Origin: an uncultured Verrucomicrobiae bacterium
Lineage (GTDB): Bacteria > Verrucomicrobiota > Verrucomicrobiia > Palsa-1439
NCBI GenBank assembly: GCA_963812605.1
Contig: CAWEWF010000003.1
Location: forward strand, 1 to 64,000
Direction of reading: 5' to 3'
DNA: 64,000 bases
Within the stretch, counting starts at the first letter, position 1; every line of letters starts with the position of its first letter. The notes under the pieces were generated by a model. That model saw only the letters and a list, made by a program, of their open reading frames with translations, did no database searches and was not told where the DNA came from. This document shows, piece after piece, positions 1 to 10,856 of this stretch. Made by a program: the position numbers and the translations under genes.

Positions 1-281
1 CAAACGAGTTAAAGCCGGTCGGAGTGGTCCGAAGAATGAACACGGGTGTCAAAAGCCGAGCCGTTCGGAGATCACGTGAAGCGGTTTGCCCCGCGCGTTC
101 GCCGCGCTAACTGCAGAGGCATCGTTTATATTATTTTTCAGGGTGGCATTGTCGCTGCCCCATGACACCAGAAGAACAATCACCGGTGGAAATCGGCAAG
201 CATTTGCAGGCTTGCGCCCTCACTTTCGGATCGTAACCAAACCGCCCCCGAATTAGGCTTCGTTCCCACAGGCGAAGCGCT

Positions 282-1141
282 ATGGCAGACATCTTCTTCA
301 AGTGCAGCTCATGCGAGAAGCATCTCGTCGTCGATGATGCTGACAGGCGTGATCGAAAATACGAAAGCCGCCCCGACTGCAATGATATTGTGGTCGTTCC
401 TGTTACGGTTGTTCATGGCGAGTGCCAGCGCTGTGGACAGGAAATGAAATTCGCGGGCGATATGATGTGGGAACTAGTCAGTTGTTCCGCCTGCAAATCC
501 GACATGGCGCTATTGGCTACGCTCCACCCTAGCAGTGAGGCGAATTCTTCTGCGGTGCAACCGAAGGTGCTTACTCCTGAAGGCGACGGAAGCGCAGTCA
601 AAAAATACGCCGATGCCTTGGGACAGGTCAGCGGGCTCGGCTTGATTTACTACGAGCCTATGACGCAAGTGGAGCCTGACAACATCGACTCGTTCGTTCT
701 TGAGGCTGGTTTCTCCATGAGTTTCACTGCCAAGCTCCTGCCCCTTCCTCTGGAGGGGACACAATTTCCGGGTCTACTAAAAGGGTTCGGGCGATCCATG
801 ACATGCCGGATCCGCCCGATGGCAGACTAGAGTGCAAGGACTGCCTGTTGCTCGACCAACTTGTCGAAGGTACATCCGGCCCTGACGTTATTTGGCTTGC
901 CTGTCTAAACGCCCCCGTCTACACTCAGTATTACGAGTTTGTCATCCCGTTTGTTCACTCAGTTGCGAGGCTGGCCATGAAAGCACGGCGGTTTTTTGTC
1001 CAAGTTCTCCAGCGAAAGCCTTTGCTCTCCTATTTGTCGTGCCGGTCTGTTCCCCCTTCGCCAACTCTCGAACAAACGCCGGTTCCATTCTTTGCGGCGA
1101 AAGACGGCAACAATAGAAGACGCACCGTTGGTAATTTGTAA
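282..1141 (+). CDS. Double zinc-ribbon N-terminal domain protein (ORF 282-830, probably continuing by frameshift into 803-1141)
   Basis: N-terminus MADIFFKCSSCEKHLVVDD..PDC..CQRC..CSAC closely parallels the 3475 ORF; the continuation is inferred. Confidence 0.55.
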
Positions 1142-1180
1142 ACCAAACAAGGGAAACTCAGGAGGACACAAGAGAAACAT

Positions 1181-2126
1181 ATGAAAACCGCAATCCGGCT
1201 CGTTTGTCGTAATATCGCTGGGTCTGTTCACTAAGCTATATGCACAGAACCTCTTCGTGTCCAACTACGGAAACAACACCATTGAGGAATTCAACTCATC
1301 GGGCGTAGGCACTGTTTTTGCCAATTCAGGACTAAGTGGCCCTCAAGGAATCGCTTTTGACAATAACGGCAATCTCTATGTAGCCAACAGCGGTAACAAC
1401 ACCATCGAAAAGTTTAATTCCCAGGGCGTGGGTACGTTGTTTGCTTATTTGGGAGTGAATAATCCTCAAGGCTTGGCTTTCTATGGGGGCAATCTTTATG
1501 TGGCTAACAACTGGGGCGGCAATATTGAGGAATTTAACTCAATTGGTGCATCTACGATTTTTGCCAGTAATCTGACATTCCCGGATAGTTTGGCTTTCGA
1601 CAATTCAGGAAATCTCTACGCAGGTACAATTGTAAACAATTCTCCCGTCATACAAAAATTCAGCCCATCCGGTAGTAGCTACAAATTTTACATCTCCTTC
1701 GACTTATGTAAACGGACTGACATTTAATGCGGGATATCTTTATGCGGATTTATCGGGAGCTGTTGGGTCGCCGCCTTATACGCTTGAAAAGTTTAATTCA
1801 TCAGGTGTTGGAACAGTTGTTGCCTATGGACAAGATACGTCAGGGCTAAATTCGCCTTACGGATTGGTCTTTGACAGTGCTGGCAACCTGTATGTCGCCA
1901 ACAACGGCAATAGCACAGTTGAGGAATTTACCAATCCGATCGCCTCGCAACCGGCATAGGCACAACTTTTGCCAACATGGGATTAAGCAACCCACAGTTC
2001 ATCGCCGTACAGGTTCCGGAGCCCTCGACCTGGGCGTTGTTGGCTTTGGGCATCGGTACGCTCCTCGGTGGTCTGCGACTACGCCGCCGGTCGTCGCAAT
2101 CGACTGCCGGTTTATGGGTTAGATAA
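1181..2126 (+). CDS. NHL/SMP-30-like beta-propeller repeat protein with C-terminal PEP-CTERM signal (several frameshifts)
   Basis: Repeats of the type GLAFDxxGNLYVAN/IEKFNSSG; VPEPSTWALLALGIGTLLGGLRLRRR encoded from 2013, stop at 2124-2126; signal-like start LGLFTKLYAQNLF. Confidence 0.75.
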
Positions 2127-2137
2127 GGGCAATTGGC

Positions 2138-2166
2138 TTGCAAGTCTGATGCCACCTTCCTATACT
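2138..2166 (+). promoter_or_regulatory. Sigma70-type promoter TTGCAA-N17-TATACT
   Basis: Exact 17-nt spacer, 17 nt upstream of the ATG at 2184; same layout at 3414 and 4455. Confidence 0.6.
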
Positions 2167-2183
2167 CTGCAAGGCAGAAACAC

Positions 2184-3274
2184 ATGAAAAAAGCATGCTG
2201 GCTGGTGGCATTGATGCTGGGTCTGTTCACGAGCGTAAATGCCCAAAACCTCTTCGTAATAAACTATGGAGCGAGTTACCATACGATTTTACCATTGAGA
2301 AGTTTAATTCGAGTGGAATCGGCACAGTCTTTGCCACGGCTTCATCGGGGAACTTTTTCACTTGTCTTGCTTTTGACAGCGGCGGGAATCTCTACGTGGG
2401 ACAAGGGGGCGCTGGCGGTGGTACAATTTTGGAGTTCAATTCGAGCGGGTCGGAAAGGGTATTTGCCAGCACGGGGCTCGTGGCGAGCCCATCAGGTCTA
2501 GCTTTTGACAGCAGCGGCAATCTATACGTGGCAAGCCTCAATAATTCGATTGAAAAATTCAGTACCAACGGAGTCGGAACGCTCTTTGCCAACACGGGCT
2601 TGAATTTGGAAGGGCCAACTACAGGCATGGCTTTTGACAGCAGTGGCAATCTCTATGTAGCGAACGACAATAACAACAATATTGTTAAATTTAATTCGGG
2701 TGGAGGCGGAAGTGTTTTTGCCAGTTCTGGCCTAAATGGCCCTATCGGACTTGTATTCGACAACAACACCAATCTGTACGTATCGAACTGGGGCACCACC
2801 ACAATTAATAAGTTCAATTCGACAGGATCGGGATCGATTTTTGTCAACTCAGGGCCGCCCTTCGGTAGCTTAGACGGCCCTATGGGGCTTGCTTATAATA
2901 ATGGCAATATCTACGTGGCTAACTATGAGAATAATACGATTGAAGCAATCAATTCAAATGGCGTTGGAACGGTCTTCGCAAGCAACATCGGACTGCCTAT
3001 CGGCACTACAGTTTTGAATAACCCGATAGCTCTGGCCTTTCAGCCTCCTCCGCCTGCTCCGACCAACCTGAACATAACCGCTACATCGGGGGGCTTCAAT
3101 CTGACATTCTCCACCATCTCGAATGACTTCTACGATATTCAAGCAACAACCAACTTGGTTTCTGCTGTCTGGTCAACACTCGTCAGCAACATCGTAGGCA
3201 ACGGAGGGACAACGAACTACACCGACGTAGTGGCAAACGTCCCCCAGAAGTTTTACCGGGTGTACGTGCATTAG
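2184..3274 (+). CDS. Secreted NHL-repeat beta-propeller protein with Pro linker and C-terminal '...YDIQATTNL...W...TD...KFYRV' domain (one frameshift near 2280)
   Basis: Signal peptide MKKACWLVALMLGLFTSVNAQ from 2184 joins ORF 2195-3274; about 6 GLAFDSSGNLYV repeats. Confidence 0.8.
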
Positions 3275-3413
3275 AACTTGAATGTCCGATTACGCTCAAC
3301 GACAGCAGTATTGCGTTGGCAATAGCTTGACGGGACAGCGAGACAGGCCCACGGCGCACCTCTTGGATTGCGCCGATTGCCAGCTTTGAGGGGATAATTC
3401 TTCTTATTCCGCC

Positions 3414-3442
3414 TTGCTGGTGCGTCCTCGCCTTCCTATACT
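3414..3442 (+). promoter_or_regulatory. Sigma70-type promoter TTGCTG-N17-TATACT
   Basis: Preceded by TTATTCCGCC, also present before the 4455 copy. Confidence 0.6.
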
Positions 3443-3474
3443 CGCTTCTTAAGAGACCGTATCGAGAACCGGTA

Positions 3475-4287
3475 ATGGTAGACATCTTCTTCAAATGCGC
3501 GTCGTGCGGGAAGCATCTTGTTGTCGATGACTCCGCGGCTGGAACGAAGGTCAACTGCCCCGACTGCAACGACGCTGTGGTCATTCCGATGATGGTCGTT
3601 CCCCGCATGTGTCCGCACTGTGGGCAGGAACTGAAGTTCGCCGGTGACATGACGGGACAACATATTCATTGTTCCACCTGCAAGACTGACTTGGTGCTCT
3701 CGTCGTCGCTACCTCGGCGTCATGGAACTAGTTCTTATGCTAAAGATGATGAAGGCACGATCAAAGGAGAGCCAGGTGGTATCCCGGTAGGATTTGAGAC
3801 GGCTGACCCGTTTGCGAGAAGCCGCCGTGAAAAGAAAGCTACCGACGGACTAAGTACTAAGGTCATTGCAAGAATGACAAGATCGCGCCAGTTGATAAAT
3901 TATTTTGGCGTGGCTTTCGTCATAATCCTCCCGTTTGCCATTTTAGGCGGAATCTTCTTTGGTGTGTACAGTTGCTCGGAGCAGGGGCTACGCGAACAAG
4001 ATCAAGAGGAGGCTATTCGCAACGACCATCGAAGGGAGGAGGGGCAAGTTGGCGATGCGACCGCGAAGGCCGCTGTCCAAGTGTATCTAAAGCATACGCT
4101 GAAAGACCCGGGCTCGTACGAAAGCGTCAAATGGAGTGAGGTCGTCAAGGTGAAGAATCTGTATGTGATTCAGCACACGTACCGGGCAAGAAACAGCTTT
4201 GGTGCGTATGATGTAGAGACAAGATTCTTCACTTTGGATTCTGGTGGCAGTGTCATATCAGTGGGGGATAGCCTTGATTCCGAGTGA
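3475..4287 (+). CDS. Zinc-ribbon (4 CxxC) membrane protein with a single TM helix and a C-terminal extracytoplasmic domain (LKDPGSY...YRARNSFGAY)
   Basis: CASC, CPDC, CPHC and CSTC motifs; hydrophobic stretch FGVAFVIILPFAILGGIFFGVY. Confidence 0.8.
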   Translation: MVDIFFKCASCGKHLVVDDSAAGTKVNCPDCNDAVVIPMMVVPRMCPHCGQELKFAGDMTGQHIHCSTCKTDLVLSSSLPRRHGTSSYAKDDEGTIKGEPGGIPVGFETADPFARSRREKKATDGLSTKVIARMTRSRQLINYFGVAFVIILPFAILGGIFFGVYSCSEQGLREQDQEEAIRNDHRREEGQVGDATAKAAVQVYLKHTLKDPGSYESVKWSEVVKVKNLYVIQHTYRARNSFGAYDVETRFFTLDSGGSVISVGDSLDSE

Positions 4288-4454
4288 TGCCAAGACGAAT
4301 CACAGATTCGCCACTTGTTTCCCACCTTCCACGAGTAGCTGTACGTTCTGTTGTTCCACCTCCTCGTACTGGTCGTCGCTCACGCAATCGACAGTACCGA
4401 CAATTGCATCGTGCGGTCAACGGGATTCGACCCCGACCTTGGTATTATTCCGCC

Positions 4455-4483
4455 TTGCCCGCGGGCCTACGGTTCTCTATACT
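4455..4483 (+). promoter_or_regulatory. Sigma70-type promoter TTGCCC-N17-TATACT
   Basis: Exact 17-nt spacer, upstream of the gene at 4548. Confidence 0.55.
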
Positions 4484-4547
4484 CACGGCTCAGGTGGATC
4501 ATCCCGAAAGGCGGTACGCAATTTTCAATTCATTAACCGGAGGCATT

Positions 4548-5135
4548 ATGCTTAGACAGGCCTTTTTCTTCGCTCTAGTTTTGGGGTTGTCTGCTTCGGC
4601 ATCTTACGGTCAATCGCTTCAGGTCTCGACCAAGGATGGCGGCAGCGTTGTCACATCCATATCAGAGGACATCAAAGTCAACAAGGGGTCTTCGCTTCGT
4701 CGGACATGGATAGCTCTCAATGACCCGGCCTGTCCGCTGCAACTCATCGGGGCCGGTATAGAGACGCAATACCGCGGTACGAGCGGCTACAGGTTTTACG
4801 GCGTTGGGTCTGCGAAGCCCTTAAATCCGATGCAGGCCTTAGAGATTCGGTACATACTCTACGATACTTTCGGAGACCACATTAAAACACTCTCTCAGAC
4901 ACTAGTTGTGGATATAAAGGCCACATCCGCGTTCAATCTAGAAGAAGAAAACGAGTGGTATGCTTCAGAAAATGACGTTTCGGAGTTACTCACAGTCGTG
5001 GCGTTCGTGGCGCAGGTGCGCACTTCGGATGGCAAGATATGGCGGTACGACGAAAAAGCAGTCAATAGCGAACTAGGGAAGATTGAAGTGAAGGTTGCGA
5101 CCGGCGTCCTTGAACCGACCAAGGATAAGAAGTAA
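4548..5135 (+). CDS. Secreted hypothetical protein
   Basis: GGAGG RBS before the ATG at 4548; signal peptide MLRQAFFFALVLGLSASASYG. Confidence 0.75.
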   Translation: MLRQAFFFALVLGLSASASYGQSLQVSTKDGGSVVTSISEDIKVNKGSSLRRTWIALNDPACPLQLIGAGIETQYRGTSGYRFYGVGSAKPLNPMQALEIRYILYDTFGDHIKTLSQTLVVDIKATSAFNLEEENEWYASENDVSELLTVVAFVAQVRTSDGKIWRYDEKAVNSELGKIEVKVATGVLEPTKDKK

Positions 5136-5335
5136 CACGGATTTTCGCACGGACGATTGCGGCCTTCCGCTTGCCGTACTTCCAATCGCGGGGCGGCCTG
5201 ACCAGCAAGGCCCGATTCACGTGTGCTTGTCAAGATTGTAGCCCCCGCGCCTCCACCTGTGACAATGCTCGGCGCGCCTGGGATGACGGGCTTCTAAGAC
5301 TTCGCGCTGGCGAAGCAGCCTTGTCCAGCCCCACC

Positions 5336-5695
5336 CTACGACGGGCTTCTGGTGATCGGGTTGATGATGATGGAGGCGACGAAGGGTCTGGCGCGGTCGA
5401 GATCGGCATAGCGTTTGGACAGGACGTGTACCGTGGCAAGGTTGTTTTCGCGGAGCAAATCGGCCAGCCGACCGAGACGCCAGCCCAAGATCACCACATC
5501 GGCGGTGGAGAAGGCGAGCGCGAGTTTTTGCGGCGGCGCGTTCTTGTCCTCGCCGGCGTCCGGGTTGGGTTCCATAGTGTAATCAATCAACTGGCTGGTA
5601 TGAAAGCCATGGCGGTGCTCCTCGTCGAGATGGAACTCGATGCAAGCGCAATACTTGACGGAGGTGGTATAGCAGTCGTCTTTGGTGGGGTGCAT
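5336..5695 (-). CDS. Hypothetical protein immediately downstream of the relaxase
   Basis: Clean ORF co-oriented with the relaxase; protein-like composition. Confidence 0.6.
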   Translation of the reverse strand: MHPTKDDCYTTSVKYCACIEFHLDEEHRHGFHTSQLIDYTMEPNPDAGEDKNAPPQKLALAFSTADVVILGWRLGRLADLLRENNLATVHVLSKRYADLDRARPFVASIIINPITRSPS

Positions 5696-5717
5696 GGGGT
5701 GATTGAGGGTTGAATGT

Positions 5718-8700
5718 TCAGACACCAATGCCGCGAGAGTGGCCGATGCTTCCAGGCGGGGTGATGCCCCGACGCAGCTTGCGGCGGGCGGACTGCTCTT
5801 GCTGCAGAGGTTCCTTGACCGTGCGAGATCGTTTGAGGCCGCTGGTTCGTTTGACGGACTCAGCCTGTTTGATGGACTCAGCTTGTTTGATGACTCGGTT
5901 TGCCGAACTTGGTCGTGACAGTTTCCTTTTGCTCAATGACGGACCGTTCGCGAAGCCATCGCTGCACATCTTCGGCCACCTGTGCGAGCCGTTGCACAGG
6001 AGATAAACGCGTGGCGCGGAATACTCGCGGCGACTGACGCATCGGGCGGATCGGTGCGGAAATCTTGGTGCACCATGGTCACCGGTGTGCTGGTATTTTG
6101 CTCTTGCTGCGGTTGTCGCAGGAAACCGAGTTTCGCCAGATCATCGCGCAGGCCTTGGAGTTCGACAGCAGCCTTGCGTTCGTGCGAATCGGTCACGCGA
6201 CGCGCGAGCAGTTCAGCATCATCGGTGAACACATGAACACACTTGCGCCCGCGCGAAATGGAAACATAGAACTGTTCACGGTTCACCGCGCCGAAGGAGC
6301 GCGACGACGCGACCAAGAGCACGTCATCGACGGTTTTGCTTTGTGATGAGTGCGAGGTGACGGCGTAGCCATGGGTGAAGGTGTTGAAAGTGCCGGGCAG
6401 CACCCGGCCGTCAGTGAGCGTGATGCGGCCGCTGCGGATCTCCCGCACTTGAACGCGCTCCCCGTTAATGAACGCCTTGCCATGATTGGCTTGTAACAAC
6501 AGCCAATCGCCAGCGGCGACTTTCAGTTCACGCGCTTCGCCCACGTCAAATGACGCGGCGACCGTTTGCGGGATGAAATCGGCTTCGCTTCCATCGGGAC
6601 GGCGCACGCGCACGCCATTCTTGACGACGGCCACGACCTCGACCGTTTCGCCCCTGTCAAACGCCTTGGTCTTGCGAACAAAGCGCAGACGTTGGCCAGG
6701 TTCGTACTGGCTCGCGTTCTTCTTTTGCGCGTGTCGTCCAGGAGAGTGAATCAAAGACGCACAGCGCCTGCTCATTCTGGCTGACGACACCCTCAACTTT
6801 TAGAACCTCGCGCACCTTCTCGGTCACCGCCTCAATCTCGGCCCAAGTGGGCGAGACCAGCAATGCGGACCTGCCTTGTTTGGTTGCCGACAGGTATGCC
6901 TCAGCCGCCCGCTGGTAAAGCTGCCCATCCTCCGTCGCCGCTTCCGTGACCGCGCCAAGTTCCACGAGCTTGGCAAACGCCTTGTCAGTCTGTTTGGCGG
7001 CAGCCAGTTCGACGACCTGACGGAAGACAGCGGGTTTCTGCCTACGGATGGTGGTCAGCTCGCTGAAGCGGTAGGAGGAATACTGTTCGAGGATGCGCAG
7101 GGCGTCGCCGCGAGCAACAGAACTGTGCTGGCCGGTGTCGCCGGAGAGCACCACACGAGCGCGGTTACTAACGGCCAGATTGAACAGTTTCACCATGTCA
7201 TCGAGGCCAACAGCGCCGGCTTCATCCAGAACAATCACGCTGCGGGCGGAAAGTGTCCGCTGCATGGCCCAATCCGTCAGCAGCTTGGCAAGCGTGACCG
7301 CTTCCAGCTTGTCCTTGCGTAGCGTATCGGCAGCGGCAGCAGTCGGAGCGCAAAACACAGCCTCGAAACCTTCATTGTCGAGTATCCGGTTCAGTTCAAC
7401 GAGGACCGTGCTTTTACCGGTGCCTGCCAAGCCACGGAAGCCGGTGAACTGGTCGGCACTGGTGAGCACCTGCGCCAGGGCTTTGCGCTGATCCGGGCCG
7501 AGATGAGACGGCGGTTCGTAGCCTCTGGTCATCGGGGCGACGGTATCGATAGCGGCGTTGACCGTGCGAATCAACAAAAGCTCCTTGGTAAGGATGTCGC
7601 GGGTCGAGAACTCCGAACCGACGCGCACCAGTTCGGACCGTTCCGCCAGCGCATTCTTGAGCAGGGGCAGGTCCAGTTGGCCGCAGCCGTTGACCAGGGC
7701 GGCTTCCAGAATCTTGTGTTGCGGCGCGACCGAAGTGCGCTCGAAAACGTGTGCGATGCCGTGGTCAACTGCCTCACGCATCGTGACCGAGTGGGCGAAA
7801 TCCCCCGACTGACCATTGGCTGCTGCGACCACCTTGCGTAGCGCCCGGCGTTCCAAGAAGCCGAGTTCCCCGAGTTGCTGTTGGCGGACCTGCTCATCGG
7901 TGGCGCCCTTGAGTTTTTTTGGGCGAGTCTTGTGGACGACGTGGGCGACTTCATTTTTTGTCAGCTTGCGACCGAGCTTTTGTTCCTGTCGCCGGACGGC
8001 CCTGTCGCGTTCCTGGGACCTTTTGGAGAACCGGTCGATGAGGGTCGGCGACACACCCTTGATCTCGAAGGCCGAGCCGGTGTGGCGCAGGGCGTAGCCA
8101 AGCTGGTGGAGATGCCGGGCCAGTTCGTTGCGATAGACGGCGGTGGCGTAATGGATGGCGTCGAACATGGCGGAGGTTTGCAGCGCCTTCCAACGTTGCT
8201 CGGTCTGGTCCCACGTGCCGTTGAACAGGACGAAATGCGTGTGCAATTGCGGATCGAGCGCGCGAGAGGATGTGTGCACGAAAGCCGCGCCGACCAAGTT
8301 GCCGGTGACGCGATCCTGCCCTTGAATGCCACCTTTGCGGATACGCGTAGCGGCGAACTGCTCCAACTCGCGGAGCGCGAACGTGGAGGCTTCCTCGTGG
8401 GCTTGCAGGATGCGCCGGTCATTCATCGTGACGGCGAGAATGGACACGGACTTGGGCGGGGCGCACTGGAAGTCGAAGAAAATGCGCCGCTCCCGGGACT
8501 GTTGCGGCGTCAATTGCTCCCCGGTCATTGGCTGCACGTTGTCGCACAGTCGCAGGAACGCCTCCCGTGTGACGGTTTCGCCGGGCGTCAGTCCCAGGCG
8601 CTCTGCTCCCTGACCGATCCAGTGGCCGGCTTGGGACTCGTTCTGGGCGTAGTAATCGTTGTGCGACAGGTGCTCGTCGAAGTAGGTCGTGGCACCGGCT

Positions 8701-8729
8701 CGGTTCTTCTGTGGTTTGGCAGTGAACAT
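5718..8729 (-). CDS. MOBF (TrwC/TraI-type) relaxase-helicase, split by frameshifts near 6740 and about 6000-6060
   Basis: N-terminal YF..DYY, HTSSRALDPQLHTH (HUH motif), Walker A GLAGTGKS, VLDEAG, GDTGQHSSV, HGYAVTSHSSQSKTVD, FYVSISRGR; basic tail ending SRGIGV. Confidence 0.88.
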
Positions 8730-8859
8730 AGCTGAGGAGGTTAGTGGAAACCCAATGTGAAGTTGTTCCCAAACGGGAACCACTTGGCGAGTGCCCGCGT
8801 GGTGAAATGGGCGGCAATGAAGGGGCCATTTGTCATTCGTCCGCAGTCTGGCACAAGGG

Positions 8860-8920
8860 CCGGCGTGTGTTGTGTTGCCCATACACAAGCTAACTGGGTT
8901 GGCTGGGCTATAACGCCACC
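8860..8920. promoter_or_regulatory. Candidate oriT (TTGTGT-N7-ACACAA hairpin followed by GGGCT/ATAAC)
   Basis: Lies in the divergent gap between the relaxase and the 9199 ORF; hairpin-then-nic layout resembles MOBF oriTs. Confidence 0.35.
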
Positions 8921-9198
8921 GATCTCAACAGGTCTCATGCTAGGCATCGTAGCCGGAAGCGCCCTGTCGATTGTCCGCAGGTGCGAACAAACTAGGCAGG
9001 CCAAGTGTGGCATGAAAATGGAAGAAATGGGTAGGACACCAACCCCTCCTTGGGCCGATCAGCGGCTGCTGGAGGCCGGTGCGCTTGGCTGCTCGCCGCC
9101 GCGCGCCAAGGCTGTCCGACAGAAAATCGAGAGGCGAGCTAAACGCTGTCGGTGAAATCGTCAAGATGCCGACCATAGGAAACTGAGAGGAACCGGGT

Positions 9199-9597
9199 AT
9201 GAACACACGTATTGATTACGGGCAGATCGCCGCGAAACTGGACTATGCGGCGCTGGAAAAGAAGCTGGAACAGATAAACCAGCGCGAGCCACCGAAGAAG
9301 CGCAAGACCGCGGCCACCGTGCTGGAGCCACTGCGCGAACGATTGTTGGCGCTCCATAGCAAAGGCTGGAGCAGCAAAGAACTGTCAGACGAACTGAAAT
9401 CCGCCGGCGTGCCCGTGAGTCCGGGGCGCTTGCGTGAGTGTCTGAGCCGCTGGACGGCGGGCGGCGACGGAGCCGCCAGGTCGCGCACTCGCCGCAAACC
9501 GAAACGCGCTGCGGTGAACACGCAGGCGACGATTCGGGCGAGCCACACCGGACGGAGCAACGACGATCAGACCGAACACGGGCAGACGGCGCGTTGA
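9199..9597 (+). CDS. Small basic HTH-like protein, possibly a relaxosome accessory factor
   Basis: GAGAGG RBS; LRERLLALHSKGWSSKELSDELKSAGVPVSPGRLRECL resembles a helix-turn-helix; divergent from the relaxase. Confidence 0.65.
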   Translation: MNTRIDYGQIAAKLDYAALEKKLEQINQREPPKKRKTAATVLEPLRERLLALHSKGWSSKELSDELKSAGVPVSPGRLRECLSRWTAGGDGAARSRTRRKPKRAAVNTQATIRASHTGRSNDDQTEHGQTAR

Positions 9598-10099
9598 ACG
9601 CAGTCGCGGGGAACCATCACCGCTGACTCGCTGGTGGAATGCTGGCAGACCCGGCGCGGCGGACGCTTCTATCGCGTTCCGCTCGCCGCGTCTGCGGCGC
9701 TGTCAGCGCGTACCTACGGCTCATTGCTGTCCGTGGCTGCGCGCTGCTCGCCACCGACAGCCAGGACGCGACCGTCAGTTGGCGGTCAGCCTTTCGGTGG
9801 CAGTCCGTAGTCGCGGACACACCCTGTCCACACAGTGTTCTCTTACTGACTTCAATCATTCCCATCGCCAACTGCGAGGGATACTCGCACGGTCCTCCAC
9901 ACGTCTTGTGTATCACCAACACGGTCGAGTGACTCTACATGGTGCTATCTGTGGTCGCATGATTCCGCTGTATCAATCATCAACTTCGCGTGAGCGGCCT
10001 TTCGATTGTACGGCTCGCTGCGCGCCGTCAAGATTTTCCTCGCTGCGCTGCGGTCCACCGCTGTCGCTTCTTGACAGTGCTCGCTTCGCCAAGGGACAG

Positions 10100-10375
10100 G
10101 CTTTTAGGACTTCACGCTGGAGAAACTTCAAGCCGAGAACCATTCTGACCGCCGCGCCGGTAGCATCCTGGCAAAACTCAAAACCGACACACTGCCCGGT
10201 ATCAAGGCCGACAAGGTCGCCAACCTCAAGACGGTGCGCGACGCCTACGCGTTCCGCCACCAACTACCAGGGCGGCACGGACTCGAAGGCCAGCAGCGAA
10301 CGCAATACCGTTGAGGACGCGGTCAAGTGCATCACCGACCGGCGCATCCAAATCCAATTCGCCGCCGATGGCAGT
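10100..10375 (+). pseudogene. Gene remnant (DFTLEKLQAE...LKTDTLPGIKADKVANLK.../...VKCITDRRIQIQFAADG)
   Basis: Coding-like codon usage over two frames, no start codon, ends against the 3' end of hicA. Confidence 0.4.
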
Positions 10376-10404
10376 CACGATCTTTACAGCATTGGCATGC
10401 CCGA

Positions 10405-10647
10405 TTACAAATCCAGTTCGTGAAGCAGTTGGTCGACGCTCAGGCTGTGGTGGGCGGCTATGTCTTTGAGGATGTCGTGCAGTGTGCCGACTTTGATCGG
10501 ATCGTGATTTGGCACGGTGACGTGATGCTCGCCGCCTTGCTGTTTCGCCAAGCGGATGTGGGAGCCGGTTTGCCGCAGTACCGTGTAGCCGAATTTTCGC
10601 AGAGCGCGGACAAGTTTAGGCCCGGTGCAATCGCGGGGCGTTTTCAC
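10405..10647 (-). CDS. hicA: HicA-family mRNA interferase toxin
   Basis: LRKFGYTVLRQTGSHIRL...HHVTVPNHDPIKVGTLHDIL. Confidence 0.85.
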   Translation of the reverse strand: MKTPRDCTGPKLVRALRKFGYTVLRQTGSHIRLAKQQGGEHHVTVPNHDPIKVGTLHDILKDIAAHHSLSVDQLLHELDL

Positions 10648-10856
10648 ACTGTTAGGACTTCATCCCGTACGAAGTGCAGGCGGATGATACCGGGTCGTTC
10701 GGGATCGTTTTCGTCGAAGTGACACGCGACGGCATCCTTGACCATTACTCGCAAGTTCTCCATGTCTTCGCCTTGCGTGAAAATAGAATGGCCGAGGGCG
10801 CGCGCATTGTACCCGCCTTCTTCAGCTTCCCGAACTTCAAAGATGATTTCCTTCAT
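10644..10856 (-). CDS. hicB: HicB-like antitoxin
   Basis: MKEIIFEVREAEEGGYNARALGHSIFTQGE; GTGA overlap with hicA. Confidence 0.8.
   Translation of the reverse strand: MKEIIFEVREAEEGGYNARALGHSIFTQGEDMENLRVMVKDAVACHFDENDPERPGIIRLHFVRDEVLTV

Noticed and set aside
1250-3050. Periodic DNA repeats as a CRISPR array or DGR template/variable repeats
   Set aside because: The repeats are in-frame NHL blade codons with synonymous variation; no cas genes, no reverse transcriptase, no constant repeat-spacer pattern
282-5135. Integron cassette array
   Set aside because: The genes are co-oriented, but I recognised no attC (RYYYAAC...GTTRRRY) structures, and the integrase looks like an arm-binding phage/ICE type rather than IntI
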